Source: Ascidiella aspersa
Taxonomy: Eukaryota
Direction: 5' to 3'
DNA length: 64,000 nucleotides
Assembly (NCBI GenBank): GCA_963924565.1
Contig: OZ004610.1
Coordinates: forward strand, 16,306,001-16,370,000
Shown here in pieces: positions 12,301 through 23,079 of this stretch (its first letter is position 1; every line of letters starts with the position of its first letter). Both the position numbers and the translations under genes were made by a program. Below the pieces are notes generated by a model. It made no database searches. It saw nothing but the letters and a program-made list of their open reading frames with translations, and was not told the DNA's origin.

Positions 12301-15300
12301 GAAAAGGGCGTCATTCGATCTAATCAATACATAAAATACCGGGGCTAAAGAATGAGTTAAGAAATGTTTTTCGTGATAAATTACGATATTTTAAAGTTTG
12401 TGAAAATTTTTACCTTTTTTCTTCTTTTTTCTTCTTTTAGGTATTGGCTTAGTCTCATCTACAGTTTGAATAAATTCATCCTGATTCTGTTCCACCTGCA
12501 CCGGATCAGATAATTGTCGTGGCTTTGCGACTGCAACAAATATCAATATAATTACACAAGGTTCTACCATTCTTTATACCAACAAATTTCGACCTAACGA
12601 CTAATGCAAATTGTATCACGAATAGTGTTCGTTAACTTTTTCCAGGTGGCCCAAATGCTAGGCCGAAGTATATCAGTAAAGTTTGGCAACCCAATTCTTT
12701 TTAATTAACTTTTTGAGAGCGACGTAAACACATAAACATATTAGGATAACTAAGTTCGAGCCATGTCTTCGGTTGCTTCTTTATTTTTTTCGAATATTGG
12801 AGAAATCTTGCTCATAGCGAATATCAATAAACCAAAACAATGTGAACTACTGCAGTCGGCGATCCAACCAAATGAGAAGTGACCCAATTTAGTGTCACAA
12901 CCCATTGCTTAAAAAACACTAGCTTAGATAAACACTTCAACAAGCTTTTCCAAAGCTACTGTATACCTATAATGATGGGTGAAAATTAAATATTGTAAAT
13001 AGGGTCATACCTTAATGCAGCAATTCTTGTCAATTTAGTGCCATTAAAGGTATGTACGCCACAAACCAATGGAAAAAAGATATAAAAATACAAAACACAC
13101 ACATCCGATCCGTCAGAAATTAGAGCACTAAGCAAAAAGGTCTACGACAATTAGGACATCCAAGGACCTAAAAGTCTGATTTTTAGAGCTTGTTGTCGTG
13201 GAAAATGCACTAATTAGACTTTAGGTAGCCCCTACTGAAATAAATGAGATATTAAATTTAATGATACTCAATCCACCGAAATCCTAACGCTAGCCCACAC
13301 CCTAACGCAAACGGTGAGCCTTGACTGAGTTTTTATTTAAACGCTCGGGGAAAAGTTCAAACTACTACCGTTGTTACGTTGCAAATTGATGTATCGGTGC
13401 ACAAAGCGTTCATACATTTATTAAATTAATGCACATTATTTGGGTTGGGTTACTGGTTGGCGTTTGGGTTCGGGGATGGGGAAGTGTTGTTAAATTTAAT
13501 ATTTCCATGCAGATTTGCGAAGTCAAATAAGTGCTTTTAAACGACCTTAAGGTCTAAAAATCAGACTTTTGGACCTTGGACGCCTTTAATTGACGTAGTT
13601 TTTGTTGCTTAAAATTGCACTAATTTCTAACAGATAGGGTGAAACGCACATATTTTTGCTTTCGTTTAAATTGACTCATTGAGTTCACAGGAATTTAGAG
13701 ATAATGCAACTAGGCCTAAATTTAGAAAAAACTTGCAGGCATTCCAATAGAAATGCTGATATAACAACCTGGTTTATCCTGAACATGCTCAACATCCTCT
13801 GGATTTTCATTATCTTCTTTCAATGATTGTTCTTCTCCCTGCTTGCTTCTTCTCCCTGCTTCATCTTCCTCTTCTGTTAAACTATGATAGAACAATAGAC
13901 TACCATTTTTTCAGTTGAAAGTATTTTTTACAAAATGGATTTGTTAAGCTCTTTTAGTGCTTGTCTTTATTACCAATATTTGACTAAATCCTTTCCTTAA
14001 AACATTTGATTCAAGCATATATATATACAGCTAATTTGTGCCTAGGGACTAGGGCGCAAAATAATTGATGTGAAGAAACCAAAAAAATGGGTTCACTAGT
14101 TTAAATTGACAACCAGTTTAACTTTTAAGCGAAAAAACAATAACACGCATTCCATATTTGAAAGCAAACTGAAACCTATGTTGCATTAAGCCAAACAAGA
14201 TATGCAGAAAGGGAAAAGATGTTTTTAGATTCTGTCTACATTTTTTTCTTGGCGCTCATGGCATAACATTTTCATGATGAATATGGGTTTTTAACAAGGT
14301 AAAATAATTAGAGGCAAAGAAAGACTAAAACAATGTCAATATAGGTATAACCAAGTTATATAAGTTTAGCTAAACGTTACCGTGTTTTTTGTTATTTTAA
14401 ATGAAAAATTATATCATAAACAAGCTAATTACATGATTCTAAGCCACATTTGTAACTGTATTTTTAAATTATAAAACAGTTTGACATTATTTGCAACCAA
14501 TTGCTTGAACCCAAGCAATTTTTATCTAAGAATAAATACTTTGCCCCGTTTTAAAGAAATTCAACATAAAAAATAGCCGTAATAGCATTGACACCAACTG
14601 TGTAGGTTGGGTACCCCTATCCAAGCCGAAACATTACATTTAAAAAAATATTTGTAGTGCAAATTGGCAAAAAAAGTTTTATGATTTACAACCCATTGTG
14701 ATTTTGGTAAATATAAAGAAAAAATGAAGAAAAGACTCACAATGCCCCCTTATAACTCGGTGGTAATGTAAAACACTGATCTACATGGTGGTTTTCAAAA
14801 AATTGTTTATATTTAAAAAGGTATATAATTAAAAATAGTCATAAAGTTCAATCAAATGCAGGATTTTACCCATCCTTAGTTATATCTCTTTCACTGTGAC
14901 TGTCTTCTTCTAAATGTGGCTCCGCTTTATTTGACTGCTTTTTACGAAACTTCTTAGGCAATTTTATTTTTGGCATACGGAGCTTCTTCTGGTGTGCAGT
15001 TGATTTCTTATGATCATCTTTATCATTATCATCATCTTCTTTGACCCTTTGAAACAAAACCCCTTTTTTTTAAAACTTGCTTGGGGGTTTCAAAAAAGGT
15101 CCACTGATTTATTAAAATACAAACTATTTTATTGTTTTTCGCCAATCAACAATAATTTTAATTTAAAACAAAACTGTTGTTAGTTGCTTAAAAAAACAGA
15201 TGTATTTAAACATGATTTAGTTAAGAATTCATTCAGAAGTTTGCCCGCCAAGGTATTTTTAATTCACTTTAAATTAGTGGGGTTCAACATAACGTTTGAG

Positions 15301-18300
15301 AACATCCTAGGGGTTGGTTGTGTTTGAAAAAGGATTCGCGGCAATGACAATTAATAAAAAAAAAAGTAACTGCATAAAGACTGATGTAAAATTAAAAAAA
15401 AGTCATAACACAAATAACTAATATATAACAAAGTTTAATAAATAGGCTGTAGGCTGTAGGGTCCCTTTCTTCCCTTTAGTCCATATACTTTCTTGGTTTG
15501 GGTTTGCAGGACAAATATTTATTGTTAAAAATTGTTTACTTAGGAAATCTTGATGTACAAGTTACTCTAAACCAGTGGTTCCCAAATTGGGGTCCGCGGT
15601 CCGATTGGGGTCCGTACAGCTGTTTCAGAGTGTTTCCGCAATGAGAATTGAATTAGTCCTTAAGTTTTTCAACATTAGTCTTTAGCGAATGTTTTTAAAC
15701 ATTAGTATTAGTCTATGTTTTAAACATTGTCTTTCTCCAATCTTAGTCTTTAGTTATGCTTTATTATTTGATAATAAAGCGTGTTTTATTGTCTCTTGTG
15801 ACATCATAAAGCATCTATTATGCTGTACTATCTGCTATCAGCGAATAGTTCGCATTAGCTAGAAAGTTGTGACTGCACTAGTGTACTACAAGAAACATAG
15901 CTCAACTGACCCTGGATTTTTATAAGGCCGCGAAATATCAATATAATCGCAAAGGGTCCACCAGGCAATTTTTTTAGAAAAGTTTGGGAACCGCTGCTCT
16001 AAACAATGATATTAAACTCTGTTGCTCAAAGACATACTAGCACTCTTTGTCTTACAATTGTCTTATAATACGAGATTCTGCTTGCCACAGGGTCTGTACA
16101 TCACCATCAAGGTCACTGATATGCAAAGAATTTGTAGTTGACAAGTTGTTTCTGTCTTCTGGTTGTCTTGTGCTACTAGGTAGACCACTTGTGCACTCTG
16201 TACCACTTTTATCCTCTCTAACATTATTCTTTTTTTCATCTGCAATAATCTCACTTGCAGAGAAGCCACTAAATTCTTTCTGGGGCCTCTTCAAGCGTGC
16301 TTTACTGACGCCAAATGCTGAACTTGGAATAGGTGCTGGTAAGCTATGTTTAGAGATTTCTTGTTTGTGCCTTTCTTTGGTTCTTGAAATATAAACTGAA
16401 CCTGATGTTGTTGATGAACCTGGTCTGACATTTCCTTCAATGAATGTTGTTGCCACTACTTCAGGCCACCACACCTTCCTCTCCTTTATACTGCTATAAA
16501 CAGAAAAAAATTGTACATTAGTGAATGTCACAATTTTACCACTTCAGCCAGCATTTTTTAGAAAAACAAAAGGAAAAAAATGCAGTCTCTACAATACATG
16601 CCTATATGACGAAATGCCAAAATGTAATATACCTAAAAAAACACATACTGTAGTATAAAAGATACAAATACAGCACAGAAATGGTTTCAATTTTAATGGT
16701 ATTACAAAATTGTTATTATTGAAAGTTTTGTGTTAAATAAAACATCTTAATGCTCATCAAATGTTAGGGTAAAAACAAGTGACACAATAAATCCAATTTA
16801 ATAAAACACAACCAATGGATATTCACATATTTTCTTTATCTTCTTCATTGTTTATCTCTTCATTTGGTTCATTCACTATAAATTGTTTTCGCTGTTCAAC
16901 ATCAGCATCTCCATTAAATGTATTATTCTCAATAAGTGGGTCTTCTTTAGTTAAGCTTCGTTCGAGGTCTTCTACCTGTGTCAGATTGTCGCAAATAGTT
17001 AAACAATCAATTATAATAAAGCATGAAATGTTTTTAATGATTTAACTCACCACATTTTCAGGCGTTGTCTTAACAGATTTGTCTCTAAAAGCAAACAAAA
17101 CAATAAATTTAAACAATACAAAACATTTTAATAATCAGGTGAATATAAAAACTAAGTTACATAGATATTTTGCAGTTAAACTAGGAAATACAGTAAAACT
17201 ATTTTGTGTTATTTATTATTGTCTTTGTCTTATTTTTGAAATCTATGAAAGTTTTGAAACATTTTTCTCCATATCTCGGTCATCTGTATGAATAACTGCT
17301 AATATACACAAGGCAAGAAATTATTACCTAATTTGATCAAATCAAGACACAACTTTAAAAAAGAAAGACATTCACTGGTATCACTTACTATATCCCTTAT
17401 TTATAAAACCACTTTTTAAACAAATTCGGATATGACTATGACTAACCTGTTTTTTCCTCTTATTCTTGGGATACTTCCGAATAGACTCCGTTTGGTTTCA
17501 ACATTGGTTTCTATGAGATAAACGGATTAAAAAGCAAATGCACATCTCAGATAAACTGCAATTTATTTATTGTATTAGCCAAAAAACAACTGCATGTTAG
17601 AAAAAAACTTGCATATATGTAACAAGAAATGCAATCTAATTATTGTTTGTTTCATATTAAAAAAAATTAAATGCTATCCATATATTAACAAGCTCTCAGC
17701 ACATTTTAGATGTCAAATTGTTTCAAGTATAAAAAATTCTTTCACATAGGGATGAAATATACTTAGTAGTTTATTCCGATAACGATACCCGATTATTTGG
17801 ACAAAGAGTTTGCAATATACCAAAATGTATTATTAACCTTAAAAACCAAAACAGATGAATGTAAAATGTTTTATTGCAAGTTTTTGCTAGTTACAAAATA
17901 CATTTATCTGATTGCATTCTTGTTTATATATGTAAAAAAATTGGTGATCAATCACTTTAAAAGTATTGTAAGTGCACCTAAATTTAAGTGCAAAATTAAA
18001 AATGTACCTTTTTCATAGATTTAACAACCTTTGTTGCATGCAGTCACAATATATGGCTTGGCAAACCAATGGGAAAAAATTAAATAATATATTGTATTTG
18101 GCAGATTGGTTAGTTTAATGTATAGTAAAAATGTTAGCCAGGTGCCCACTCAGCCCACCATAGCCACTCATATCATATAAAATAGACCTAAAATCTGCGA
18201 AAACTCGCTAAAACTGCCAGTAAGAAAACAATAAGGGAGAATAAATATAATAATAATACTTGACAAACCCAAACCCAATGCTCAAAACCTAACCCAAACC

Positions 18301-18547
18301 TTAGCAATAAGCAATATAAATCCCCGGAGAGAAATGTTGTAGCATTCTAAATCTAGACCAGCAAACGGATTGTAGAACAACACCAAATACAGACTTTTGT
18401 TAAAGCTATGGAATGTAGGTGTGGCATTGAGTAAGTTTAAGGTTAATGCAAACTAAATACAAAGGAATTTGTTTCCAAGACCACAATTTCAATATTTTAA
18501 CGACATAAAATTATTTTAAAATATAAAAACAGATTACCTGAAGGCAT
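335..18547 (-). CDS. AHI1: Jouberin / Abelson helper integration site 1 (ciliary transition-zone protein; low-complexity N-terminus, C2-like region, WD40 repeats, SH3); ~30 exons, last exon(s) probably beyond the left window edge
   Basis: Phase-consistent exon chain (approx.): 18547-18538, 17510-17447, 17084-17051, 16976-16828, 16494-16056, 15047-14870, 13873-13769, 12530-12414, 11794-11472, 10501-10243, 9918-9820, 9275-9078, 8841-8689, 8520-8388, 8058-7935, 7719-7613, 6898-6785, 6668-6562, 6300-6182, 5810-5680, 5257-5115, 4983-4911, 4647-4580, 4470-4366, 2968-2822, 2517-2388, 2277-2162, 1992-1826, 1699-1488, 612-335. AHI1-typical peptides: SVTSYYE..VLPMMTQPYDF..LPRWEESLIFNE, VAWAFLKLIGSNG, YPSTLYVTLK, KWSRLAGQTCKIPN, LPHPAYVYTASFHP, GSEDGCAYVWN, SFHPHEHMVAF, and SH3 VVALYDYQANRSDEL..GYFPSNYV. 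Confidence 0.93.
773..1376. mobile_element. non-autonomous hAT-type DNA transposon (MITE)
   Basis: TIRs CAGGGGTGGGCAAC / GTTGCCCAACCCTG; perfect 8-bp TSD CTTTAAAC at 765-772 and 1377-1384. Confidence 0.9.
3540..4001. mobile_element. hAT-type MITE (same family as 42840-43326)
   Basis: TIRs CAGTGATCGGCAAAC / GTTTGCCGACTACTG; TSD CTTTAATT / CGTTAATT (7/8); shared subterminal AGTGGGCCTT..AGCTCT..GGCCGCG. Confidence 0.85.
5424..5461 (-). ncRNA. minimal type-I hammerhead ribozyme motif (Penelope-type) inside a ~170-bp imperfect palindrome (5374-5545)
   Basis: Minus strand: GCA-CUGAAGA-U-GGCA(UGAGCACU)UGCC-GAA-ACGU-A-UGC. Conserved core, 4-bp stem II, palindromic ACGU stem III, GUA cleavage triplet, 3-bp stem I. 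Confidence 0.75.
5935..5976 (-). ncRNA. minimal type-I hammerhead ribozyme motif, left arm of palindromic element 5910-6091
   Basis: Minus strand: UCC-CUGAUGA-A-GGCU(UUCUGAAUAGUU)AGCC-GAA-ACGU-U-GGA. Confidence 0.75.
6020..6068 (+). ncRNA. hammerhead ribozyme motif, right arm of palindromic element 5910-6091 (stem III mutated)
   Basis: UCC-CUGAUGA-A-GGCUGU...AUAGCC-GAA-ACUU-U-GGA; ACGU has become ACUU, which breaks the stem III palindrome. Confidence 0.55.
8177..8333 (+). mobile_element. 157-bp non-autonomous ribozyme-bearing insertion (Penelope pLTR / retrozyme-like)
   Basis: Flanked by 14-bp direct repeat TATGACTAGGTTAG (8163-8176 and 8334-8347); contains the hammerhead at 8214-8253. Confidence 0.75.
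8214..8253 (+). ncRNA. minimal type-I hammerhead ribozyme capping a long hairpin
   Basis: UUUGAC-CUGAUGA-A-GCAC(GGUU)GUGC-GAA-AGCU-U-GUCGAG. 6-bp stem I, 4-bp stem II, palindromic AGCU stem III; distal 21-bp perfect stem 8174-8194 / 8278-8298. Confidence 0.85.
10686..11346. mobile_element. degenerate hAT-type MITE(s), probably nested
   Basis: GGGGTAACCA...TGGTTACCGTCCCTG termini with GGCCCGCGG subterminal motifs. Confidence 0.5.
11850..12056 (-). mobile_element. tRNA-derived SINE-like repeat, copy 1
   Basis: Minus strand A box TAGCTTAGTTAGTAGAG and B box GAGTTCGAACC; homologous to the copy at 37482-37691. Confidence 0.75.
12623..12921. mobile_element. degenerate hAT-type MITE
   Basis: TAGTGTTCGTTAAC / CTTAAAAAACACTA termini, GACCCA subterminal motifs. 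Confidence 0.45.
13108..13637. mobile_element. foldback/MITE element with long imperfect inverted repeats
   Basis: ATCCGTCAGAAATTAG..CCAAGGACCTAAAAGTCTGATTTTTAGA pairs with TCTAAAAATCAGACTTTTGGACCTTGG..CTAATTTCTAACAGAT; internal CCTAAC-like and GGGTT-like tracts. Confidence 0.75.
15573..15996. mobile_element. hAT-type MITE
   Basis: TIRs CAGTGGTTCCCAAA / TTTGGGAACCGCTG; perfect 8-bp TSD CTCTAAAC. Confidence 0.9.
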
Positions 18548-18549
18548 TT

Positions 18550-18576
18550 TTATTGAATTAATTTTTCTTCTTCCAT
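18550..18576 (-). promoter_or_regulatory. upstream ORF (MEEEKLIQ*) in the AHI1 5' leader
   Basis: CACC-ATG-G context at 18576, TAA stop two nt before the main ATG at 18547. Confidence 0.55.
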
Positions 18577-18693
18577 GGTGAATACTACATTAAGTTTATT
18601 TCTGGAACTTTGATTGTCTAAAAGAAAATATTCAGTCGTCAAACACTCAAAATTCTCAATGGTTAAGGAAAACTGTTCTCAACTGAACCAAGA

Positions 18694-18900
18694 GGATAAC
18701 ACTAATTTACGGAATGATGAATGGTCGGAACGCTCACAGTATTATTATTAAATATAATAACACTTGACCCACCTTCACCGAAACGCTAACCCCCACCCTA
18801 ACTCAAATATTGTGAGTTGGTTTAATAATTGTTTTAACGGGGTAACACTTAAATTAGTGAGCGTTCCGACCATTCATCATTCCGTAAATTAGTATTACCC
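18694..18900. mobile_element. MITE with 37-bp perfect inverted repeats next to the AHI1 5' end
   Basis: ACTAATTTACGGAATGATGAATGGTCGGAACGCTCAC (18701-18737) and its exact reverse complement (18857-18893). Confidence 0.85.
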
Positions 18901-19539
18901 TACCATTACCAAGATAAGAAACGGTAACTACTGAAGCTAAACCAACTGTTTACTTTCCGACTGTGTTATTCAAGAAAATATTTTAAATAGCGACATCCAG
19001 TGACTAGAGTATGTACAATTTTTTATCAATAACATAGAAGTGCAACTAAACGGTAAACCAGTACTTACAGTTTTGTTTACGATATGTTTAATAATTTCAA
19101 CTCAAACACGAAAGCTTTTAACTACACGAGATGAACATAATGCATGTGCTGACTTTAACGATTTTTGCTGGTTTTATATAACTTACAATTACATCGTCCA
19201 TATGTTAGTAGTTATACTATTGCGTTAGCATAAGCTAGGAAACGACATGGAAAATCGGACATTCGAGGAACAAATTTATAATAATTCAACTGACAGCTTG
19301 AGCAATAGGCCTACAGCCGACCAGGCTTTTCACAGAATGACCAGGGGTTGACCCGATCACATGGTTCAAGCTGCTACATCATTCCCCACTGTCTTTGAAA
19401 AAAAAAGTTTAGGAGAAATTACATTTCTCTTCTTCCTCTTTGATGTCTAACGTTGTTTATTGGATGGAACTTTTCTTCTTAAATATCGGCTCATGGTAGC
19501 AGAAGTCAGGAGCGGTGGCGGATCTACATGAGAAAATCT

Positions 19540-21788
19540 AATTGTATCTCGGCCGACGATATAGCGAGCCTCATAGGCTTAGCTTTTCGAACACTGAGAT
19601 GAAGCAGCAGGTCGACGTGGAACATTTTTTACACACGGAGCTCCGTACGTTATTCTCTAATTCATTAGTTGCTAATAGATCTGTGTTAAAGTACTTACAC
19701 CGGCGATTAACATATGCGAATACAATGAAGCCTACAATGCAGAGATGGAGCCGTAGAAAGGCTAAAGCTGAAAGCCATATGCTCAAACTCTATCGCTCTG
19801 GAATGCCAATATCAATAAAGTTAAAGGGTGCTAATATCTGAAACTCGAAAACAAACTTAACACTTAAGTAGACCTAATACCCAACATGACAGACATTTAA
19901 CCTCGGCGCAAAGGTTAAACTAAAAGTTACCGTACATTATTACTCAAGCTTGCAACCCAAATGTGGTATCTTAGCCGCCTGTCATGTAAAAAGGCACCAA
20001 GTGGCCTTCATGAAATCATCGGGATCGACTCTGCCCGGAAACCAACAAAACGGTCAGGTTATTCCAGGGTGATCACTGATCAATTCACCGTAAATCATAT
20101 ACGACCAGACGACAGGTTAAGCGTCCAAAGGTAGGGTAGTTTAGAAGGCACAACTTATGTAAGTATAAAAGATAAAATATTTGTTTATAGGCTAAGAGAT
20201 TAGTTCATTCTCTACCGTAATATAGGTCCTTTAACTAAACAAGAAGGGGCGCAAATTTGCAACTGACAGAACAGCTATGCGGTAAATTAAGTTTTACTCA
20301 AACGCGGCTTTAAATCGGCATTGTACGACCGATATAGCAATATTAAAACAAGCTTTCGAGTCAACGGTAAAATACTTACAAAGGCGGTGGCTTGAAGAGA
20401 GAACAGGGCGTTACAAAAACTTGTAAAAGGAATAATCAAAACTGACAAGCATAACGCGAACGAAAGTAGAAATAAAACATAATAACTGCCTTCCTAGGTA
20501 ACGAACCTATGTGTATAATTTAATTTTATGTATGTATAGCCCATCCCTGCGTAAACGATAACTGGTAGTTATAGGCGCTAAAAATTTGCCAAAAACCTTA
20601 ACTAAACGTCTATTAAAATGCTTGCAAAAAGCTAAGAATAATAGAAAAGGAAGATTAGGATAGTCAGAGGTCGTAGATAAGGTAAAGTAAAGTGATGAAA
20701 ACTTATTAGGTTATCATCAGGTGTAAACGTCGTAAAAAAGTGCGGCTTTTATCGTAACTAATGCGAAAGGGTTCCTTGCTAGCTTCGATTTGGCGGACGC
20801 TTCCCATCATCGAGAAACTTATTTCGAAGAGAACTTCTGTCTTATAAGATTGTATAAAGGGAAAGGTTAATCAAATAGGTTATGTGTTATTCACCTTTAG
20901 ATAAAAGTTTGGCGTTAAGTAGCATGTTGTCAAAGCTGATTGAATCATCTTTGCAGCAATTAACTCGCTTAGTTGACGAGTCGTCGCTTCTACAGATAAA
21001 AGTTAGCTGTTGGACGCATGTATTGCAGGCTAAAAGATTAAAGCCAAACAATACTAGGTTTGCTGTGCTGCAAAACGACGGATAATCGGCTTCGAAAGTC
21101 GTCGGTTGTACGTTTGTCCTTCTGTGGCTGAGCTAAAAGAGCAGGTACAAGCAACCTGGCAATTAAAACAACTTAGCCTAGTATATCCGGCCTACAGAAT
21201 TCATAACACATACAAAGAAATGCACTTCAAATTCTGCAACATTTCTAACGTGTTAATGATTAACGTCTACCCTAATCAATTTATTGACAATGTCATTTAC
21301 AGGTTCCTTGACCAAAAATACAAAGACTCACAAACAATCGATGAACCTATGTAAAGAACTTATTGCCTTTGTATCCCGAAACACCGAAGTTTAATTAATC
21401 CTCAGTCACTAAACTACATCTAAAGTTCGTTAGTTAGACACAAAGACCACCAGCATGTGTTGCATGTGTTATATCGTTCAGATTTAAAATACAAAGTTCA
21501 ATGTTCATACCGATCAACTTATATTGTCCAAACCAAACATAGTCTGCACCTACGCGGATAAAATGGATAACCACGACCGGTCGTCACATTCCACACACGA
21601 CACAGACGTGGCCAGGCATTTACATTTAAATCCTGGTCACATATAGTAGTAGACCCCAAGATCTTTGCGACAAGTGGATGTTTGCTTCGACTAATGACAA
21701 AGAAAAGAAAAAATGTGATGCACAATCCCGATATCTACGTAGAGTCGTAAACCAAGTCTTAATACAACTATTTCCTTTTAATATCTGA
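19540..21788 (+). mobile_element. decayed Penelope-like retroelement (RT + C-terminal GIY-YIG endonuclease, many stops and frameshifts)
   Basis: Ordered remnants: IIKTDKHNA (~20430; cf. PADKGN), GFLASFDLA (~20770; RT SFD motif), LVYPAYRI..MHFKFCNISNVLMINVYPNQFIDNVIYRFLDQKY (PLE thumb/linker), RSDLKYKVQCSYRSTYIVQTKHSL (21475-21546; GIY-YIG VYKxxC..YIGQT), DVARHLHLNPGH..DPKIFAT, terminal LFPFNI* at 21788. The 5' boundary is uncertain. Confidence 0.8.
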
Positions 21789-23079
21789 GTCACGTGGATG
21801 GGCCTTATCTGTTATCGGCGACCTCCATTTTTATCGCCGTACACTTACTACCCCGGTTTAGATATTGTATTTCTCCTTGTTTAGTAGTTCGAACGGGGGA
21901 TGACTTTTATCGTTTATCTATAAATTAGCCAAATTGTAATTAAATAGGGCCGTTATACCTTCAATGATATGAAACATGCAATGACAACTTTGCGCTAGAA
22001 AGTAGTCAACAAAAGAAGAAAACAGAAGATTCGCGCGGAGCGCGAAAACTTTTTGCAGTTTTATTGTTAAGTTGGGAAGTTTTGCACATCTGTAGTCACT
22101 GCAAAAAATTAAAAATTGGAGTAGAACTCGCGCCCCCGAGAATTGCTTGGCTCCCACCTAGGGGTCGCCCCCTGGTTAAAAACCGCTGATCTAACTACAA
22201 CCTTCAACCATTAATCTTCATATTGCCACTTTTATAATAACCTATTCTTTTCACACTGTAAAATTTTGTTCGTTGCGATCAAAGAGTGTTATTTCAAATT
22301 CGTCGATTGATAGGCTAAAGAGTGCCCTTCAAAATGTTTTGGTTTGGTGAACCCTTAAAATTGTTGGGACGAACTCATGCACCCTGTTTACTTAAAAATT
22401 GAAATTTGATAAAAGCGATATGAAAAATCTTTCTGCATAACAATATTATCATGTCAATTAAATCGAGCGGAACTGCCGAAGTTTTACACATTGTCGGTGA
22501 GAGTTCGATTATGGCTGCAGGTTGCTTGCGAGTACTATGGCATAAAACAAATCCTAAATGTCAAATATTTATGTTTGATTAAAAGTTTGTGATGCGCCCC
22601 TGGTATTCCTTTTTGTACTGGTGCAACCCATGCATACAAACTTAGCAGCAGCAGGTTTTTCAAAGGTAGGCTATAGTTTAAAAATTTGATAAGATTTCAG
22701 TTACTTATAAAATTAATACAGTAGTGTAACATTTGTCATGTTTCTAATTCTAAGTATAGCAATAAACAAGCAAATTACAATCAATTTGTGCTTTATTTCG
22801 AAACAAAATGTTGTATGTTCATAAAGTAATATAAGTTATTTAAATATATTTTTAAATAAATTGGCAGAAAACAAATAAAACATCTAAAATATCTATAAAA
22901 AGTCGCCTTCAACAGAACATGTAGCATGTGTTGCCATACATTTACACATTTCTTTGTTGCTGTCGGCGGCACCCATTTTTGCGTAGAAGTGGGCGAGATT
23001 TTGTGGGAAACGACAAAAAAAGCAAATTATTATTGACAATATCCCTTTGCTAAACAATGAGAGTGGTTGCGGCGGCAGT

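Noticed and set aside
18408-18430. miR-1-like seed TGGAATGT
   Set aside because: Only the seed matches and no precursor hairpin is visible.
18900-18930. RFX X-box expected for a ciliary gene
   Set aside because: Only half-site or multi-mismatch matches (GGTAAC; ATTACCAAGATAAG); not supportable.
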